Positions 58,259 through 64,000 of a DNA stretch of 64,000 bases are shown here, in pieces (the stretch's first letter is position 1; every line of letters begins with the position of its first letter). The stretch is from Rhynchopus sp. YZ270_cl-10. Taxonomy: Eukaryota. The notes beneath the pieces were generated by a model that saw only the letters and a program-made list of their open reading frames with translations, was not told the DNA's origin and made no database searches. The stretch covers positions 1,550,001 to 1,614,000 of the forward strand of contig OZ037835.1 of NCBI GenBank assembly GCA_964035575.1, given 5' to 3'. The position numbers were made by a program, and so were the translations under genes.

Positions 58259-59641
58259 ATGCATCGAAAACGGGCCCCCACCCTGACGAAAACTAAGAAG
58301 TTCGAGGCCAGAGCAGCACTTCATGCGTTGGGTGAGGACATAACTGCAGAGAGGCTGGTGACTGTGGAGGATCCTGAGGTTGCGTGTTTGCTTCTGCAGG
58401 CGGAGGTTGCGACTGTCATTCCGAATCAGTTCTTGGCACGCACATCGTTAACAGCACTTGATCTGAGTGCTGTGTCCTGTGTGACGGAAATTGGTGATGA
58501 GTTTCTTCAGCGCTGCACATCGTTGACAAGCCTCGACCTGTCTGGGTTGACACGTCTCACGCGGATTGGTACCAACTTTCTTGCCAACTGCACCAGCCTC
58601 ACAACAGTGGACTTACCACCACTCAGCAATGTTACACACATTAGTACAGGCTTTCTTCACAACTGCAGCAGCCTCACCTCCGTAGACTTATCACCACTTC
58701 GCAATGTTACTCACATTAGTGAATACTTTCTAAACTGCAGCAGCCTCACCTCAGTAGATTTATCACCACTTCGCAATGTTACTCACATTAGTGAATACTT
58801 TCTTTACAACTGCAGCAGCCTCACAGAAGTGGACTTATCGCCACTTCGCAATGTTACAGACATTGGCGCAGCCTTTATGGAGAACTGCAGAAGCCTCACC
58901 CTAGTAGATTTATCATCCCTTTGCAATGTTACTCACATTAGTACATGCTTTCTTCACAAGTGCACCAGCCTCACAGAAGTGGATTTATCACCACTTCGCA
59001 ATGTTACTCACATTGATCCCTGGTTTCTTAGCTACTGTAGCAGCCTCACAGCAGTGCACTTGTCACCACTTGGCAATGTTACTCACATTGGCAGGGGCAT
59101 TCTTTACAACTGCAGCAGCCTCACCTCCGTAGACTTATCACCACTTCGCAATGTTACAGACATTGGTGCAGCCTTTATGGAGAACTGCAGCAGCCTCACC
59201 TCAGTAGATTTATCCCTTTGCAATGTTACTCACATTAGTACAAGCTTTCTTCACAAGTGCACCAGCCTCACAGAAGTGGACTTATCACCACTTTGCAATG
59301 TTACTCACATTGATCCCTGGTTTCTTAGCTACTGTAGCAGCCTCACAGCAGTAGACTTGTCACCACTTGGCAATGTTACACACATTGGCAGGGGCTTTTT
59401 TCACAAGTGCAGCAGCCTCACAGAACTAGACCTGTCACCGCTCAGCAGAGTTACGCACTTTGGTAAGCTTCCTGCTGACAGCTACACTTCGTTGAGGAGC
59501 ATCCACCTTGGCGGCTGCAGCAGTGCTGTGTCCAGCGTAATATGTCGATGTGGCGAGCTGAAGGAGTATGTGGTTGACGCACCTCCGACACGTGGCAGAG
59601 GCAAGACGAAAGCAGCCTTGACTCGCTGCAGTGTTTCGTAA
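58259..59641 (+). CDS. Ubl-LRR gene copy 2, 3' part (LRR + CaaX), open from an element-derived ATG
   Basis: Open 460-aa frame, LRR repeats, ends RCSVS*. Confidence 0.75.
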   Translation: MHRKRAPTLTKTKKFEARAALHALGEDITAERLVTVEDPEVACLLLQAEVATVIPNQFLARTSLTALDLSAVSCVTEIGDEFLQRCTSLTSLDLSGLTRLTRIGTNFLANCTSLTTVDLPPLSNVTHISTGFLHNCSSLTSVDLSPLRNVTHISEYFLNCSSLTSVDLSPLRNVTHISEYFLYNCSSLTEVDLSPLRNVTDIGAAFMENCRSLTLVDLSSLCNVTHISTCFLHKCTSLTEVDLSPLRNVTHIDPWFLSYCSSLTAVHLSPLGNVTHIGRGILYNCSSLTSVDLSPLRNVTDIGAAFMENCSSLTSVDLSLCNVTHISTSFLHKCTSLTEVDLSPLCNVTHIDPWFLSYCSSLTAVDLSPLGNVTHIGRGFFHKCSSLTELDLSPLSRVTHFGKLPADSYTSLRSIHLGGCSSAVSSVICRCGELKEYVVDAPPTRGRGKTKAALTRCSVS

Positions 59642-61092
59642 AGAGCGACAGGAGAAGCTAGGCAAGGAACGTAGAGCAGCTCCGCTGTGACAGCTGCTTG
59701 TCCCATTCTGCGACGTCGGTGTGAGTCTTAGAAGACAGTGTCTGAATGAGAGTCAGTGAGGCACTCAGAAAACACAGTTGCTTTCTCGTTGTGTATCTGT
59801 GCCATGCCAGCGAAGCAAACACCGTGCAAAACGATCTCGGAGTGGACGTGCATTCGCTCAAGATACTGCGCAGGTCGTCATTCTCCAGTACCCGTGATCC
59901 ATTTCGAGTCACAAAGACATCCACACTTAGACAACGAGGCTTTCAAGTACCAAACAAATGATATCTACCGCCAGCTGTTTGTTGTCTCTTGCGGGATGGT
60001 GACCCGCTTGTGACGCCGCCTGGGATACCCCTACACCTGCACGCATCAAACCTAAATGACAAGGCAGAGCAGTGGCGGGGTGCGTTTCTCTGTGCAGTCA
60101 CTCACTTGGGATATGTCGAATCTGGCTACGGGCATGAAGCCTCCGTTTTCCTGCAGGTCTTTACACAAAAGGACGTTACCATTAAGGACGCAAAGGTGTT
60201 CATGTGGCGCGGACGTGTTCTGAGAGAAGACACTAACGAAACACTCAAAGAAGAAATGGAGGGGAAGAAAAAATCACAGTTATTTATTTTATTTGACCGT
60301 TGTGAGAGTGGTAGAGAGGGGTGCGGTGGGTGGGGTGGGGGCAAAAGGCGGGTTTTTGTTTCATAAAAAGCGCAAGATTACTGGGACGTGTCCAGAACCA
60401 CCCCCAAAAACGGTTTTCTGGGGTTTTTGCGGGTGAAAAGGGTCAGCGCACAGGTGGTTTTGTGCTAGTTTTTTCCACAGCACCGACATGTGTGGCGTGT
60501 CTCCCAAATAACAAAAAAGCAAATGAATAAAAAGTATTGGAAGCAAAAAAGAAGAACAAAACAATGTGGTTTCCACCAGGGATAGGCTCTGAGTGACTAT
60601 ACAATGGCATTGACCCACTTCTAAAATGTGGTGCATGGGAGACAAATGTGCAGAGCTTTGTGTGCGAATGCAAAGGAAAACATGGTGCTTTGTGAACAGC
60701 TCTCAGCGGCCCTGTTCCAACAATGTAGCAAAAAGACTAAAAATAGAAAATACAAAACAAAATGTGAGGAGGGTGGAGGGGACTGATATTGTGTGCTCTT
60801 TCTTCCTGGTGTGGTTCAGTGGCCAGGTGGTGTCGTGTGTTGAGGAAACCCGAGTGGTTCGCAAAGAAGACCCTCGATCACCCCACACCCTTCTGCACAT
60901 TTCCAACAAAAGCGATGAGTCCTTAGGAGCGTACCTCTTCTCGAAGTACGCAACGACATGTTTTCCATCAAAAGGCCCCCCTACCTCCACCTGTTTTCAC
61001 ACCCCTATCACCCTTCTCCTCGTTGTTCACCCACCACAGCCCCAACTCCCACAACCCCACCACACAACAGAGCAACACAAAAGGAAGACAAA

Positions 61093-61302
61093 ATGGAAGT
61101 AGTTATCAAGGACTGTGCAGACAACTCGTACGTGATTGAGGTGGGTGTGGATGACACAACGGAGACGATGCGGCAGAAGGTGGCGTCTGCAGTGGGGTTG
61201 GCTGAGGACAGCTTCCACATGGGCTTCGGAGGGAAGGAGGAAGGAGACGACATTACGCAGCTAAGTGCTGGAGACACAATCATCCTGACGAAAAGTAAGA
61301 AG
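61093..61302 (+). pseudogene. Ubl-LRR gene copy 3, 5' part (Ubl domain), interrupted
   Basis: Near-identical to 44782-44991. Confidence 0.85.
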
Positions 61303-62239
61303 GAAGAAGACAACAATGGGGGGAAGACGACGGGAGTGGGGAAGACGACGATGATGACGACGTGGTGCCAGTAGCGCTGGCCCACAGAGAAATGGCGAAG
61401 ACGACCACCTTTGGGCATATGTTGGCTTCACTCAGAACCTTTTCGGAGAGCTCTCTCCATCCGGGGAAGGTGAAGGTAACGCATGTTCTCGCTTCGTTTG
61501 GGGCGAACGCCATCACAGGCATCGACCGCCGTCCTATCTTTGCCGGCGGAGAAGAAACGTTGAAGGCATTGCGTGCGCTATACGATGCTGGTGTGGCGTA
61601 CCGTCTGCAACGCAGCTCCGAAGGCATGTCTGAGGTGGAGCTCCGTGGTGGCGATAGAGCGAGAGGTACATGGATGGGGGAGTATTCTGCTGAGACGGCG
61701 TACCCCTCCACAGAAGTTAGGGGCAGGAGGGCACTACCATTCATCCAACGGGCTGAACAGGAGACATCTGCGCATGCTCGCTACCGGCACCATGAGCACG
61801 TGCATCCAGGGACGCACCCGTGAAGGCACCTGAAGGAGCGGTTCCGATCTTCCAGTTTGCGATATGTGTGCTGCACCGGAAGACGAAGTGTGATGCCTGC
61901 TCGAAGAACGCCCAGGCAGACCTGATGCATTGCTGCTTTGCGCACCACTCCAACGACGACGGGTTACCGATCCGACACGAAGCATGCACTAAGCATAGAC
62001 TCTCGAGGTGCGGGAACTGTGTACAAGAGAAGAGTACGCTGGAGCACTGCTGCCGCCGCCACCACGACACCTCGAAGGGGCGACAGACGACGCTGGGAGG
62101 CTTCTTCAAGAAGACGAAGCAGACGAAGCAGAAGGATGGGCACAGCAGGGGCGGTGATGGACTTATGTAACATCACCCCCACGATGTATTGTATCACCTA
62201 TCTCGGATAGGGGTGCATGCATCGAAAACGGGCCCCCAC
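61303..62239 (+). mobile_element. 5'-truncated copy (937 bp) of the same retrotransposon at the same target site
   Basis: Matches 57346-58281; TSD at 61284-61302 (one mismatch) and 62240-62258. Confidence 0.92.
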
Positions 62240-63323
62240 CCTGACGAAAACTAAGAAGTTCGAGGCCAGAGCAGCACTTCATGCGTTGGGTGAGCGGAAC
62301 ATCACTGCAGAGAGGCTGGTGACTGTGGAGGATCCTGAGGTTGCGTGTTTGCTTCTGCAGGCGGAGGTTGCGACTGTCATTCCGAATCAGTTCTTCGCGC
62401 GCACATCCTTCACAGCACTTGATCTGAGTGCTGTGTCCTGTGTGACGGAAATTGGTGATGAGTTTCTTAGGCGCTGCACAAGGTTGACAAGCCTCGACCT
62501 GTCTGGGTTGACACGTCTCACGCGGATTGGTACCAACTTTCTTGCCAACTGCACCAGCCTCACAACAGTGGACTTACCACCACTCAGCAATGTTACACAC
62601 ATTAGTACAGGCTTTCTTCACAACTGCAGCAGCCTCACCTCCGTAGACTTATCACCACTTCGCAATGTTGCACACATTAGGGAATACTTTCTAAACTGCA
62701 GCAGCCTCACCTCAGTAGACTTATCGCCACTTCGCAATGTTACTCACATTAGTGAATACTTTCTTTACAACTGCAGCAGCCTCACCTCAGTAGACTTATC
62801 ACCACTTCGCAATGTTACAGACATTGGTGCAGCCTTTATGGAGAACTGCAGAAGCCTCACCTCAGTAGATTTATCACCACTCAGCAATGTTACTCACATT
62901 AGTACATGCTTTCTTCACAAGTGCACCAGCCTCACAGAAGTGGATTTATCACCACTTTGCAATGTTACTCACATTGATCCCTGGTTTCTTAGCTACTGTA
63001 GCAGCCTCACAGCAGTAGACTTGTCACCACTTGGCAATGTTACTCACATTGGCAGGGGCTTTCTTCACAAGTGCAGCAGCCTCACAGAACTAGAACTGTC
63101 ACCGCTCAGCAGAGTTACGCACTTTGGTAAGCTTCCTGCTGACAGCTACACTTCGTTGAGGAGAATCCACCTTGGCGGCTGCAGCAGTGCTGTGTCCACT
63201 CGAATATGTCGATGTGGCGAGCTGAAGGAGTCTGTGGTTGATGCACCTCCACCTCCACCTCCACCTCCACCTCCACCTCCACCTCCACCTCCACCTCCAC
63301 CTCCACCTCCACCTCCACCTCCA

Positions 63324-63362
<39 letters not shown>

Positions 63363-63383
63363 GGCTTAGAGTTTTTGTTGTGA
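62217..63383 (+). CDS. Ubl-LRR gene copy 3, 3' part (LRR); C-terminus replaced by (CCACCT)n and poly-T
   Basis: Open frame with LRR repeats; CaaX end lost at the 63245-63358 repeat. Confidence 0.65.
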
Positions 63384-63975
63384 GGGTGGTGGGAAGGAAA
63401 CGCGATGGGGAAATAAAGCACAGTGGATAACCCTTTCCAGATGAAAGTGAGGGTAAGAGGTAGAAAATGACTAAGAGGCACTGGGGCGACTACAGACATT
63501 ATCATCCACTGAAAAGAAACTGAAAAGAAAAACAAATGGAACAACAATAACACAAACGGGGCAGAAGGAACACCGGCACCACAGGGTGTGTGAGACACTG
63601 TGAAATTCGCTGAAATCGCAGGGCTACTCCAGAAAACTGTGAGGGGGGTGGGAAATTGTGGGAAACAAACAAAGGACAAGAGAAATTGTTTTCTGTACAT
63701 CTAATCATTCACAAAAAATTTATTTACATTCTACCTTCTAGAAAAAACTGTACAGCACAAAAAAAAAAAAAAAAAAAAAAAAAAAAACGGAAAAGTAAAA
63801 AGTAAAACCAGGAGATGGCGAGCTGAAGGAGTCTGTGGTTGATGCACCTCCACCTCCACCTCCACCTCCACCTCCACCTCCACCTCCACCTCCACCTCCA
63901 CCTCCACCTCCACCTCCACCTCCACCTCCACCTCCACCTCCACCTCCACCTCCACCTCCACCTCCACCTCCACCT
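63245..63975. repeat. Two (CCACCT)n tracts (63245-63326, 63845-63975) bracketing a ~490-bp insert with poly-T and poly-A runs
   Basis: ggcgagctgaaggagtctgtggttgatgcacct precedes both tracts. Confidence 0.8.
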
Positions 63976-64000
63976 CCTCCCCTACCCGAAATCAGACAAC

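Larger units (their letters stand above)
49338..58281 (+). mobile_element. Full-length (8944 bp) APE-type non-LTR retrotransposon with 19-bp TSD CCTGACGAAAACTAAGAAG
   Basis: TSD at 49319-49337 and 58282-58300; APE, RT and CCHC domains; removing the element restores the Ubl-LRR reading frame. Confidence 0.93.

Overview
Eukaryotic (protist-like, possibly euglenozoan) repeat-rich window with spliceosomal introns. No rRNA, tRNA or CRISPR array was recognised. (1) 296-27900 is a ~27.6 kb nest of TIR/foldback DNA transposons sitting in the spacer of an ankyrin gene array. It includes a two-gene unit whose first ORF carries RAG1/Transib-like DDE motifs plus three C2H2 fingers and whose second ORF ends in an RPA70N-like OB fold, together with CAC-terminated non-autonomous elements. 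(2) 28455-37499 holds four tandem ankyrin-repeat genes. (3) 38627-41218 is a three-exon SARAF/TMEM66-like gene. (4) 44782-63383 holds three tandem ubiquitin-like + BspA-type LRR (+CaaX) genes. Two of them are interrupted at exactly the same site, with the same 19-bp target duplication, by a non-LTR retrotransposon (one 8.9 kb full-length copy, one 0.94 kb 5'-truncated copy). The element has an HDV-like ribozyme fold at its 5' end, an OTU protease domain in frame with the host Ubl domain, a 2A peptide nearly identical to T2A before APE-RT, no poly(A) tail, and a 3'-end ATG in frame with the downstream LRR half of the host gene. This apparently gene-targeted retroelement is the best candidate for an undescribed system; the RAG1/Transib-like two-gene transposon is second. 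All family assignments are from motif recognition by eye; no searches were run.
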